Below are positions 1 through 9,242 of a stretch of DNA of 64,000 bases, piece after piece. How positions within the stretch are numbered: the first letter of the stretch is position 1; the number at the start of each line of letters is the position of its first letter. Position numbers and translations under genes: made by a program. The notes under the pieces are model-generated. The model did not search any database, was not told the origin of the DNA, and was given only the letters and a program-made list of their open reading frames with translations. The DNA is from a bacterium. Its GTDB lineage: Bacteria; SM23-31. Where the stretch lies: positions 3,040,001 to 3,104,000 of the forward strand of contig OZ252239.1 in the NCBI GenBank assembly GCA_965249485.1, written 5' to 3'.

Positions 1-265
1 AATAATTTTCGTCATACTATATACTCCCGAATTATTTATAGGTGAATTTGCTGTTTCAGAACAATATTAATATTCTGACTATTTTTCAATCTCCAACTTT
101 CCAAATAATGTGAAACAGCATCAGAGCTCAAAAAATGTCTGTACAACAAAGTCGCTTTAAAGAAAAATATATATATGAAATCAAATTTACAACAAATTTT
201 TTCTTTTCAGATGTATAATTTTCGTATATGCATCATAAAACACGTATAATCAGGCTCAGGTTTTA

Positions 266-829
266 CTATATTGGATTCTGAGTCTGACTCACCAGGCTGA
301 GAAACTCGCTTCGTGTTCTCGGATCACTTTTAAAACATTTGAGCATACTACTTGTCGTAACAATAGTGTTTTGTTTTTTCACTCCCCGCATCATCATACA
401 TAAATGTCGGGCAGTTACGACGACACCAACTCCCTTCGGTTCAAGAACTTCTTGCACGGATTCAGCGATTTGATCGGTAAGTCGTTCCTGAACTTGCAGC
501 CTCCTCGTAAATATCTCAACAATTCTGGGAATTTTGCTCAAACCAATAATTTTTCCATTCGGAATGTAGGCAACATGACAGACACCGTAGAACGGCAGCA
601 AATGGTGCTCACACAAACTAAACATATCAATATTTTTAACCAAAACCATTTCATCATAATTCTCATTGAATATTGCTCCGTTCACCAATTTTTCAATATC
701 AACCGAGTACCCGCTGGTGAATTCTTCATATACTGCTGCAACACGTTTCGGAGTTCTAACAAGGCCTTCACGATCCGGATTTTCACCTACCTTTACTAAA
801 ATATCCCGGATTAATGATTCCATGATCAT
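266..829 (-). CDS. folE: GTP cyclohydrolase I
   Basis: Motifs [47 protein letters not shown]. Start could be ATG 829 or 823 (ORF track extends to TTG 841). Confidence 0.97.
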   Translation of the reverse strand: MIMESLIRDILVKVGENPDREGLVRTPKRVAAVYEEFTSGYSVDIEKLVNGAIFNENYDEMVLVKNIDMFSLCEHHLLPFYGVCHVAYIPNGKIIGLSKIPRIVEIFTRRLQVQERLTDQIAESVQEVLEPKGVGVVVTARHLCMMMRGVKKQNTIVTTSSMLKCFKSDPRTRSEFLSLVSQTQNPI

Positions 830-873
830 ACTCTTTCTCAATAAAATGTACGAATTTATATGTAATTATTAAA

Positions 874-1872
874 TTAATAATTTTTGACAAAGTCAACCGC
901 TGCTTTTGTTACAATATCTTTTGCATTATCAAGTGTCATTGAATGCAGAATAGCTGCAGAAGCATTTTTGTGGCCGCCGCCTTTGAATTGTCCGGCAAGC
1001 TTATCTACAGGAACATTGTTGATTGACCGAAAACTTATTTTAATATTATCGGTTTCTTGCTCAACAAAAAGTATAGACACGAGAACACTATGAATTTTTC
1101 GCGGATATTCAGCAAATCCCTCAATTTCGTCATGATTTGCACCTGACTCCTCAATCATTGTTCGCGAAATATGCATGACAGCTACCTTACCGTCCGCATA
1201 CTGTTCAATTGTCATGAGAGTGCGTGCAAACAGTTCAGTTTTTTCCCATGAGTCATTTTCATATATCTCACGATATTCTTTCTGGTGATCTGCGCCATGC
1301 TTGAGAAGATTAGCACCAAGCTGCAGCGCACGCGTATTGGTATTAGAAAACCGGAAGCATCCGGTATCGGTCAATAACGCAACGTACAAAGCTTTCGCAA
1401 TTTCAGGAGTTATTGCATCATTGTCACGCTCCAATATATTGTAAACCAATTCTCCGGTTGCAACTGCTTCTTCATCAATAAGAACGGTATCGGCATCAAA
1501 ATTATTCCGAAGATGGTGATCTATACACAACCGGATGGCATTACTCTTTTTGATTGCCCGACTAACGATACCCAGGCGGTGCATAACCGAAATATCCAAT
1601 ACGACAATTACGTCAATCCCCTGAATCAGTTCAAAATCCGATTCCTCATACCGATGGAAAATCTTTTCATCCGGATCCATAAACCGATATTGAGCAGGTA
1701 CCGGAGATTCGTTGATAATGCGGACCATTTTTCCAAGACTCCGCAAATAATGGTAGAGTGCTAATTCCGATCCAAGTCCATCTCCATCCGGATTGATATG
1801 CGAGGTTAGAACAAACGTATTATACTTTTGGAAAACAGCAAGAATACGGTCGATGTCACTTTTGCTGGTCAT
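874..1872 (-). CDS. nrnA: DHH-family bifunctional oligoribonuclease/PAP phosphatase
   Basis: SHINPDGDGLGS, LD, IDHH, LLTDTGCFRF, SFRS and GGGHKNAS (DHHA1) motifs. Confidence 0.92.
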   Translation of the reverse strand: MTSKSDIDRILAVFQKYNTFVLTSHINPDGDGLGSELALYHYLRSLGKMVRIINESPVPAQYRFMDPDEKIFHRYEESDFELIQGIDVIVVLDISVMHRLGIVSRAIKKSNAIRLCIDHHLRNNFDADTVLIDEEAVATGELVYNILERDNDAITPEIAKALYVALLTDTGCFRFSNTNTRALQLGANLLKHGADHQKEYREIYENDSWEKTELFARTLMTIEQYADGKVAVMHISRTMIEESGANHDEIEGFAEYPRKIHSVLVSILFVEQETDNIKISFRSINNVPVDKLAGQFKGGGHKNASAAILHSMTLDNAKDIVTKAAVDFVKNY

Positions 1873-2091
1873 CACTGAGTATCAACAATTTTTAAAGAAT
1901 CTTTGGAGTAGAATTTAGGTAGTAGTAGCTAAAAAGGTGCTGAACATTCTTTTTAATAAGCTGTCAATTTAGACATTAATAGATAAAAAAGCAAACTTTT
2001 ATATGGGTCTAGAATTTCATTTGCATTTTTCTAAATCTTCAATATATTTAATCATCACTATTTAACCCCACACTAATATAGAATAAAACTT

Positions 2092-3232
2092 ATGCCGGAT
2101 ATAGATAAACAGAGAAAAAAGATAATGTCTGGACAGGACAATCATGCAAAGGCGATATTCCTGAAAGAAACAGGAGCTTTAGCAGAAGCACAAATATATG
2201 CTGAAGAAGACTGCAAAGGAAAGATTGCCATGAGCAAATTTAGAGAAGCGCTCAAAATAATGCAGGAATTTAATGTTGATGCCAGCGCAATTGCTGAAAG
2301 CGTCAAACGAGTGATGAACATACGGGTAAAGCAAAATAAACATGAGCTTGCAGCACGGATCGGCAAACAATTTGGCATGCCGAAAGAATCATATCTCGAC
2401 ATAGCAGTAACTGCATTCAACTCACGCATGAAGTTGCAGCGCTATCAAGAAGCATTTAAGATAGACAGTGAATTCCCGCTTCCAAATGAGAAAATCAGGG
2501 ATGCTGTACAGGAAGCAATAGACCTGAATATTAAGCGAAAACGGTATGATATGGCCGCGCAGCTTGGAAAGAAATATGGTATTCGTTCTGACAAGGTCAA
2601 TGATGCTCTTAAGCAATCTATCACGCGGCAACTTAAAATGAACCAATTTGATTTAGCTGGAAATTTAATTAAAGAATCAGGATTAAAGGAAAAAGAAAAA
2701 CATACCATCATCATAGAGGAATTTAAACGACGTTTTGACAGCGGCAATTTTGATGAGGCAAATTATCTGCAGAAAAAGTTTAAGATTGAGAATGAACATA
2801 TTTATTCAATTGTGATGCCTGTTTTCAATTATCATGTCGAAAAAACGTTGTTTGAAGTATCGTATTCTCTTATGAAAAAATACAAACTCCCTTCGAAACT
2901 GATGGAACCGTCTCTTAAAAAAAAGCTATGAAAATTTAATTGTTAAGCGGCAGTATAGTTCAGCAAAAAAAGTGGCAAATGATTATCCGATGCCGAAAAA
3001 CACCTGCACTGCAGTGGCTACGCAAATATTTTTAGATCAACTATCGAAGAATAACCTGTCAATTGCAGGAGAGATTAAGACTTCATTTAATCTGCATTCC
3101 GATAAAATCAAAGGACCTATTACAAATAAGTTTAAAGAATTTTCTTCAAAAGGGAAAAGCAAATATGCAGAATATGTAAAAAATGAACTTATGAAAGGGC
3201 CGGGGGTGCTGTCCAGAATATTTGGAAAGTAA
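2092..3232 (+). pseudogene. Alpha-helical 34-aa tandem-repeat protein (~379 aa if repaired), split by a +1 frameshift (pseudogene or assembly error)
   Basis: ORFs 2092-2931 and 2972-3232 join in frame if one A is removed from the A8 run at 2917-2924 (LKK-SYENLIVKRQYSSAKKVANDYPMP). The repaired protein keeps an exact 34-aa period. Confidence 0.8.
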
Positions 3233-3312
3233 AATCTACTCTTATAATTTTATTTGGAATTATATATTCAGACCACTATGTAAAGATAATTTATCAAATA
3301 TAATCATTTACG

Positions 3313-4242
3313 TTACCCAAATTTATTCCACTGGTCAAAAACGTGAAAACGATGATTGTCTGATATGAAATCATATATTCTTTCAGGTGTATACTTTGGT
3401 GTTGCACCCATCTGAAGCATTGTATAGGCGGCCACACTATTTGCATATTGCCCGGCTTTATGCAGTGGAGCACCTTGAAAATGTTGAAGTGTCAAAGCTG
3501 TAATAAATGCATCTCCTGATCCTGTCGTATCAATAGGCTGCAAGTTCAAACCAGGGCAATATACTACACTCGTACCATTTGCAAGAAGACACCCCCATTT
3601 CCCTACCGTCAAACATGCAATCTTGAGTTCTCCAATCTCAACAAGTTTTTGTAAAGACTCAATATCATCTTCCGGTAATTCGGGATAAATCTGTCTCATA
3701 TCCCGCAATTCATGTTCATTCATTTTCAGAATATCCGTCAATGGCAAACATGTGCGTACAATTTCAGGTATGTTTTCTCTCCGCTCGCGGAAGTTGACAT
3801 CAAATACCTTCAATGTATTTGAACAGAGTTTAAGGAATTCCTGTGTAGTGTTTGCAGCCTGTTTAGCGTGTTGTCCAAATGTCCCAAAAACAACAGCATC
3901 AAGTGTAGGAATCAATTTCTCAAATTGATCATACCACTCAAGGTAATCATATGATGCGGCTTCAGAACATTTAAAGAGAGGTTGGGCATTTTCATCGAGT
4001 TTCACGGTTACATAACCTGTCTTATGATCGAGATCAATCTGAATATACTCTAAAGCAATCCCATTTTTACGCAGACTATTCAATATGTCATGCCCGGCCT
4101 GGTCTTTGCCAATTCTGCTAACAATGATCCCCTGCTGTCCTAACTGCTTAATATGGTGAACACAATTGAATGGTGCCCCACCAAGATGGCGTGATTCGGG
4201 ATAGATATCCCATAAAAGCTCACCTATACCAGCCAATTTCAT
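3313..4242 (-). CDS. PfkB-family carbohydrate kinase (fructokinase-like)
   Basis: N-terminal GIGELLWD..LGGAPFN, FDVNFR, KMNEHE and C-terminal DTTGSGDAF PfkB signature. Confidence 0.9.
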   Translation of the reverse strand: MKLAGIGELLWDIYPESRHLGGAPFNCVHHIKQLGQQGIIVSRIGKDQAGHDILNSLRKNGIALEYIQIDLDHKTGYVTVKLDENAQPLFKCSEAASYDYLEWYDQFEKLIPTLDAVVFGTFGQHAKQAANTTQEFLKLCSNTLKVFDVNFRERRENIPEIVRTCLPLTDILKMNEHELRDMRQIYPELPEDDIESLQKLVEIGELKIACLTVGKWGCLLANGTSVVYCPGLNLQPIDTTGSGDAFITALTLQHFQGAPLHKAGQYANSVAAYTMLQMGATPKYTPERIYDFISDNHRFHVFDQWNKFG

Positions 4243-4399
4243 TATTCTATGTCAGAGTGTTTGCGTTTTCATATTAATTATCTTCCATTGTATCAAAAAA
4301 AAAGGAAAGTGTGAAATTTATCTGTCAAATTTTAAACACACCTTCCATTTTAACCGATAAAACTTACAGAAGTATACATTGAATGAAAAGGAAGAGACT

Positions 4400-4564
4400 A
4401 TGTGTAATGTAAAAGAATTAGAACTTATCGGGCAAATTATTGACAAAAACAAAAAAAATCCGACCAACCTTTATAACTGCCCGAAATGTCTCGGAACCTT
4501 CATCCAGGAGAACAGAACAACGTACCGTAAGGTTACTCCGCGCTTTTTTATCAATGACATCTAA
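4400..4564 (+). CDS. Small hypothetical protein with a CPKC knuckle
   Basis: 54-aa ORF from ATG 4400 with AAGGA 7 nt upstream. It fills the gap between pfkB and rpoZ. No recognisable family. Confidence 0.3.
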   Translation: MCNVKELELIGQIIDKNKKNPTNLYNCPKCLGTFIQENRTTYRKVTPRFFINDI

Positions 4565-4584
4565 AAGTATCCTATAAGCACCGG

Positions 4585-4881
4585 TTATTCTTCATCTTTC
4601 TTGATGTGCAGCTTATCATCTAAGTACTCTTGCATTGCTAAAACACTCGGCTTGTCCATACTGTCAAATTCTTTAACAATTTTTTCTCTATCCACAATCT
4701 CTTCATCGAGATCTTCTTCATTTTCTACTTCATTTTCTACTTCACCAAGCTGCTTTTTAAGATCGTCGTTCACTTTTTTATGAATCTGATTTGCCCGTTT
4801 TGCAGCCATAACAACAGCCTTGTAGATAGTTTCCTCTTTTTCTTCAATCCTTTTGAAATCGATTGTAATCGGCATACTCAA
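4585..4881 (-). CDS. rpoZ: DNA-directed RNA polymerase subunit omega
   Basis: IYKAVVMAAKRANQI ... KPSVLAMQEYLDDKL, the long FCB-type omega pattern. Start may be ATG 4875. Confidence 0.85.
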   Translation of the reverse strand: MSMPITIDFKRIEEKEETIYKAVVMAAKRANQIHKKVNDDLKKQLGEVENEVENEEDLDEEIVDREKIVKEFDSMDKPSVLAMQEYLDDKLHIKKDEE

Positions 4882-4898
4882 ATCCTCCAGTTTTTGGA

Positions 4899-6299
4899 TT
4901 ATTTATTATTATGTTTTAAATTCTTTTTAAAATGGGCAGTAGTAATAGAAACTATCAATCCGCTTAAAGCTAATATTCCAATCATATTCGGTAAAACCAT
5001 CAAACCGTTCAAGGTATCTGCAAGAAGCCAGATTGAACTCACTTTGACCATACTTCCTAATAACAGAAAACCGCAGAATGCCCATCTGAAATACTTTTTC
5101 ACCCCGAAACCAAACAGGTAGGCAAAACACTGCTCGCCAAAATAGGGCCAGGTAATGACAGACGTATAACCAAACAAAATAGAACTAAACACAACAACCC
5201 ATCCTCCTAAGGGAATACTCTTTTGAAAAGAGTTTGTCGCTAATTCTACACCGGTCGATCCGGTCAGCCACTCTCCTGTCAGTAATATCGAAAATGCAGT
5301 GATGGAACAGATGACCATCGTGTCCATAAACACATCGATCATCGCGATTAGACCCTGACGTACCGGCTCGTCAGTTTTGGCTGCAGAATGTGCGATAGCA
5401 GCGCTTCCAGACCCTGCTTCATTTGAATATGAGCCGCGGGCAACACCGAACCGCATAGCCATCATGATCGATGATCCGGCAAATCCTCCCGCTGCTGCCG
5501 ATCCTGAAAACGCTTCAGAAACAATTCTCACTACAACAGCCGGCAGTTCACGCCAGTATAAAACCATTATCACAATTCCCGCAACAATATAAATCACCGA
5601 CATAAAAGGAGCAAGAAATTCTGCTATCCGACCGATACTTTCAATTCCCCCAATTATCACTACCCAGACCAGAAAAGCGAGCAAAAGGCCTGATATCCAC
5701 TTATCAAGTCCGATCTGCGTTTCCAGTGCAATCGCAATTGAGTTCGACTGAACCATCGATGTCGAGAGTAGTGCGCGAAGACCAAGCGATAAAGCAAAAA
5801 AACCTGCTAATATTTTACCGATTCCACCCTTTTTAATTGAATCTTCAAGATAAAGCATCGGCCCGCCAAGCATAGTCCCATCTGGATTTGACTGTCGATA
5901 ATGAACACCGAGAACTGCTTCGCAGAATTTCGTCGCCATTCCAAAAAGCGCGGCAACCCACATCCAAAAAATCGATCCTGGGCCTCCCAGTGCAATTGCT
6001 GTTGCAACACCAACAATATTTCCGTTCCCGACAACTGCTGCCAGACCGGTCATTAATGCTTGTAGGGGTGAAATATCGCCTTTTTTATCCTGCGATCTGT
6101 CTTTTCGCTGAATACCTAGTGCAACATTCTTTAACGCATAAACAAAATGCCTGATCTGAATTCCCCGGAGCCGCACTGTGAAATAAATCCCAGATCCCAC
6201 TAGTAATAATAGCAGATGGGGACTCCACACTATTTTTCCGGTTGTAATAACAATTTTATCAAAGAGCTCTATCACGCTATAGTATGAAACAATCTCCAA
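4899..6299 (-). CDS. Sodium:alanine/glycine symporter (AGCS family)
   Basis: GDISPLQAL, VGNGNIVGVATAIALGGPGSIFWMW, GVARGSYSNEAGSGS; polytopic membrane protein. Confidence 0.95.
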   Translation of the reverse strand: MEIVSYYSVIELFDKIVITTGKIVWSPHLLLLLVGSGIYFTVRLRGIQIRHFVYALKNVALGIQRKDRSQDKKGDISPLQALMTGLAAVVGNGNIVGVATAIALGGPGSIFWMWVAALFGMATKFCEAVLGVHYRQSNPDGTMLGGPMLYLEDSIKKGGIGKILAGFFALSLGLRALLSTSMVQSNSIAIALETQIGLDKWISGLLLAFLVWVVIIGGIESIGRIAEFLAPFMSVIYIVAGIVIMVLYWRELPAVVVRIVSEAFSGSAAAGGFAGSSIMMAMRFGVARGSYSNEAGSGSAAIAHSAAKTDEPVRQGLIAMIDVFMDTMVICSITAFSILLTGEWLTGSTGVELATNSFQKSIPLGGWVVVFSSILFGYTSVITWPYFGEQCFAYLFGFGVKKYFRWAFCGFLLLGSMVKVSSIWLLADTLNGLMVLPNMIGILALSGLIVSITTAHFKKNLKHNNK

Positions 6300-6322
6300 T
6301 CACATTGGACTATCATTACTTC

Positions 6323-7624
6323 TTAGCATGCATTTTCTAATTTATCCTTCAAGACTTCTTTAATGGAATCCGCTGGAAAGTGTTCCTGTTCCATCGAATC
6401 TCGATGTCTGAGTGTCACAGTTCCATCACTCATGGTATCAGAATCGATGGTAATAGCAAACGGAGTACCTATCTCATCCTGTCGTCTGTATCGTCTTCCG
6501 ATTGCTCCTCCCGAATCGTAAAATGTTTTCATGTCTTTTCGTAAATCGTTATAAATATTTTGAGCTTTTTCAGGCATGCCATCCTTGTTTACTAGCGGCA
6601 ACACGGCAACTTTGATTGGTGCAACTGCAGGACTGAGCCGCATAACAACCCGGTCATCTTCTTCATCATAGGCGTCAACAAGAACAGTCAAGATTGTTCT
6701 GTCGCATCCAGCAGAAGTTTCGATAATATAAGGAAGGTATCGTTCTCCCCGAGCTTCATCGAAATAGGTCAGTTTCTTTTTCGATTCGGCTTGATGTCGG
6801 GAAAGGTCAAAATCTGTCCTGTTGTGGATCCCTTCAAGCTCCTGCCAACCAAAAGGAAACTCATACTGAATATCGAATGCTTCCTTAGCATAGTGAGCTA
6901 ATTCATCATCGCCATGCTGATGGAAACGGAGTTTATTTTTATCCAGTCCGATTGAATCATACCAATTAAACCTATTATCCTTCCAATGTTCCATCCACTC
7001 TGAATCTTCCGAAGGGTGGATAAAAAACTGCATCTCCATTTGCTCGAATTCACGCGTTCTAAATATATAGTTTCCAGGTGTAATCTCGTTCCTGAAAGCC
7101 TTTCCGATCTGTGCAATTCCAAATGGCAGTTTCCGGCGGGCTGTCGTTTGCACATTGAGAAAGTTAACATATATTCCCTGTGCAGTTTCCGGCCTTAGAA
7201 AAACAACATGAGCATTGTCTTCAACTGGTCCCATAAAAGTTTTAAACATTAAATTAAAATTTCTGGGATCGGTTAATTCTCCGCCACATTTTGGGCATAC
7301 TTCTGTATCAAGCTCATCTTCACGGTAGCGGTTTTTACATTTTCTGCAATCTACAAGAGGATCGGTAAACCCTTCAACATGCCCAGATGCATGCCAAATT
7401 TTCGGATGCATTAAAATTGATGAATCGATCCCTTCTATATCGTCTCTGTCACGTGTCATTGCCCGCCACCAGAGGTTTTTTACATTCTGCTTCAATTCCA
7501 CACCAAGTGGTCCATAGTCGTAGCAGCTATTGATACCGCCATAAATTTCACTTGATTGAAAAATAAATCCTCGTCTTTTACAAAGAGAGACCAGCTTATC
7601 CATATATGTATTCTTATTATCCAA
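6323..7624 (-). CDS. glyQS: Glycine--tRNA ligase (homodimeric alpha2 type)
   Basis: SLCKRRGFIFQSSEIYGG, LRPETAQGI, GKAFRNEITPGNYIFRTREFEQME, and anticodon domain IGRRYRRQDEIGTP. Confidence 0.97.
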   Translation of the reverse strand: MDNKNTYMDKLVSLCKRRGFIFQSSEIYGGINSCYDYGPLGVELKQNVKNLWWRAMTRDRDDIEGIDSSILMHPKIWHASGHVEGFTDPLVDCRKCKNRYREDELDTEVCPKCGGELTDPRNFNLMFKTFMGPVEDNAHVVFLRPETAQGIYVNFLNVQTTARRKLPFGIAQIGKAFRNEITPGNYIFRTREFEQMEMQFFIHPSEDSEWMEHWKDNRFNWYDSIGLDKNKLRFHQHGDDELAHYAKEAFDIQYEFPFGWQELEGIHNRTDFDLSRHQAESKKKLTYFDEARGERYLPYIIETSAGCDRTILTVLVDAYDEEDDRVVMRLSPAVAPIKVAVLPLVNKDGMPEKAQNIYNDLRKDMKTFYDSGGAIGRRYRRQDEIGTPFAITIDSDTMSDGTVTLRHRDSMEQEHFPADSIKEVLKDKLENAC

Positions 7625-7645
7625 ATCAGTAACCGCAATCTTAAA

Positions 7646-8392
7646 TTAGTTCATGAGTTTGAGCGCTTGAATTGAACTGTACCCGTCAAAATGGTATTTA
7701 AAATAACTCTCTATGAGATCCGTAATTTCCTTAGCCGTATTGCATGACACTTGCAGGTTCACCAGCTTATCCGGCTGTTTATTCATGATTGCTTTGAGCA
7801 CTTGAACCGTGTCCGGTGATAGCTTTCTATTCATAGCCGGTCTGACACATGATGAACAGACAATACTACCATCCATTAATGACACGTAAGCATCACTTTT
7901 TTTTATTTCACTGCCGCATTCTTCGCAATCACTAATGAAGAATCCGTAGCCGCTTAGTTTTACAAATCGAGTCATAAAGTACCAAAATACATTATCATAA
8001 TTTTTGTCTACGGAATCAAGACATTCGAGTGACTGTTCCATTAAATTGAATAGTGGGACATTTTCTTCTTCTTCTATGACGAGCTTCGACACAACTTCTG
8101 CAATTGCAAAGCCGAATGATAATTTATCCAAATCGCTCTTTATCCGTAAGAATGGGTTAACTATGTCACATTGTGTTAATGTGTGTAAATCTCTTTTCTC
8201 TTTATAGTAAAACACCAGATTTACTAACGTAAGGGGATCGAGCGAAGCACCAAATCGGTTTTTTAGTTTTCGCGATCCCTTCGCCATAAACGAGAGCCGC
8301 CCCATCTCCTTCGAAAACACTCTGATAATTTTACTCGTTTCACTATGGGGCATTTGTGACAAAACAATTGCTTCTGTTCTTATTATGGACAT
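7646..8392 (-). CDS. recO: DNA repair protein RecO
   Basis: TEAIVL..ETSKII..FSKEMG..AKGSRK OB fold; zinc motif CEECG...CSSC; next to glyQS. Confidence 0.92.
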   Translation of the reverse strand: MSIIRTEAIVLSQMPHSETSKIIRVFSKEMGRLSFMAKGSRKLKNRFGASLDPLTLVNLVFYYKEKRDLHTLTQCDIVNPFLRIKSDLDKLSFGFAIAEVVSKLVIEEEENVPLFNLMEQSLECLDSVDKNYDNVFWYFMTRFVKLSGYGFFISDCEECGSEIKKSDAYVSLMDGSIVCSSCVRPAMNRKLSPDTVQVLKAIMNKQPDKLVNLQVSCNTAKEITDLIESYFKYHFDGYSSIQALKLMN

Positions 8393-8415
8393 TGAATACG
8401 GTGTCAGAAAACATA

Positions 8416-9219
8416 CTATGAAACTGACGTTTCTTCTAAATCTTTATTACACAATGCCTTCGTCAGAGCGACAAACTCCTCAACTTCAAGTGTTTCCGGT
8501 CTGAGATTGAGGTCAAATTGTGTAGAAATATATTCTAAGTTTTTAATATTATAGGCAGAAAGAGAATTTTTCAGTGTTTTACGGCGCTTTCCAAAACATG
8601 TTTTTACTACCTGTTTAAAATCTTCCTGCTTGACTCCTGCAGCAAGTTCCTTGAGTTTCAGTGACACAACGCTCGAATCAGCTTGTGGTTTCGGGTAGAA
8701 ACAATTCCGTGACACATGAAATGCAATTTTCGGATCAACATGAAATTGGCATATAGCTGAAAGGATTCCTCTTTCTTTTGTCCGTACGGGAGCAACTATT
8801 CTCTGTGCCACTTCTTTCTGCATCATAAAAAGCATTCGGGAAATCAAATCTCTTTGTTCAAAGAGATGAAACAGAATCTGACTTGAAATATTGTAGGGTA
8901 AATTCCCTACGATAACAGCATTTTTTGATGAAGACAGAAGTGTACTCAGCTCAACCTCTAATATATCACAAGTAATAAGAGTGAATGTCTTATGCTGCCC
9001 AAACTTTTCCCGCAATAAATCATAAAACTGGGGATCAATCTCTACCCCGATCACCTGCGCACCACTGGCTACAAGAAATTCGGTCAGCGCACCCGAACCG
9101 CATCCGATCTCAATGACACAATCATCACCGGAAAGTTCGGCTGCAGCAGTAATTTTATTTAAGATATTCCGGTCATGTAAAAGATGCTGTCCGAATCTTT
9201 TCTTCCAACGGATTTCCAT
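8416..9219 (-). CDS. rsmA: 16S rRNA m6,2A1518/1519 dimethyltransferase
   Basis: KKRFGQHLL, EIGCGSGALT, GNLPYNIS, MQKEVAQR, RRKTLKNSL. Confidence 0.96.
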   Translation of the reverse strand: MEIRWKKRFGQHLLHDRNILNKITAAAELSGDDCVIEIGCGSGALTEFLVASGAQVIGVEIDPQFYDLLREKFGQHKTFTLITCDILEVELSTLLSSSKNAVIVGNLPYNISSQILFHLFEQRDLISRMLFMMQKEVAQRIVAPVRTKERGILSAICQFHVDPKIAFHVSRNCFYPKPQADSSVVSLKLKELAAGVKQEDFKQVVKTCFGKRRKTLKNSLSAYNIKNLEYISTQFDLNLRPETLEVEEFVALTKALCNKDLEETSVS

Positions 9220-9242
9220 AAGTACTGAAATGAAACCCCTAT

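Noticed and set aside
1..15. Possible - strand gene start (ATG at 15, MTKII, preceded by GGGAG)
   Set aside because: Only five codons lie inside the window, so it cannot be identified.
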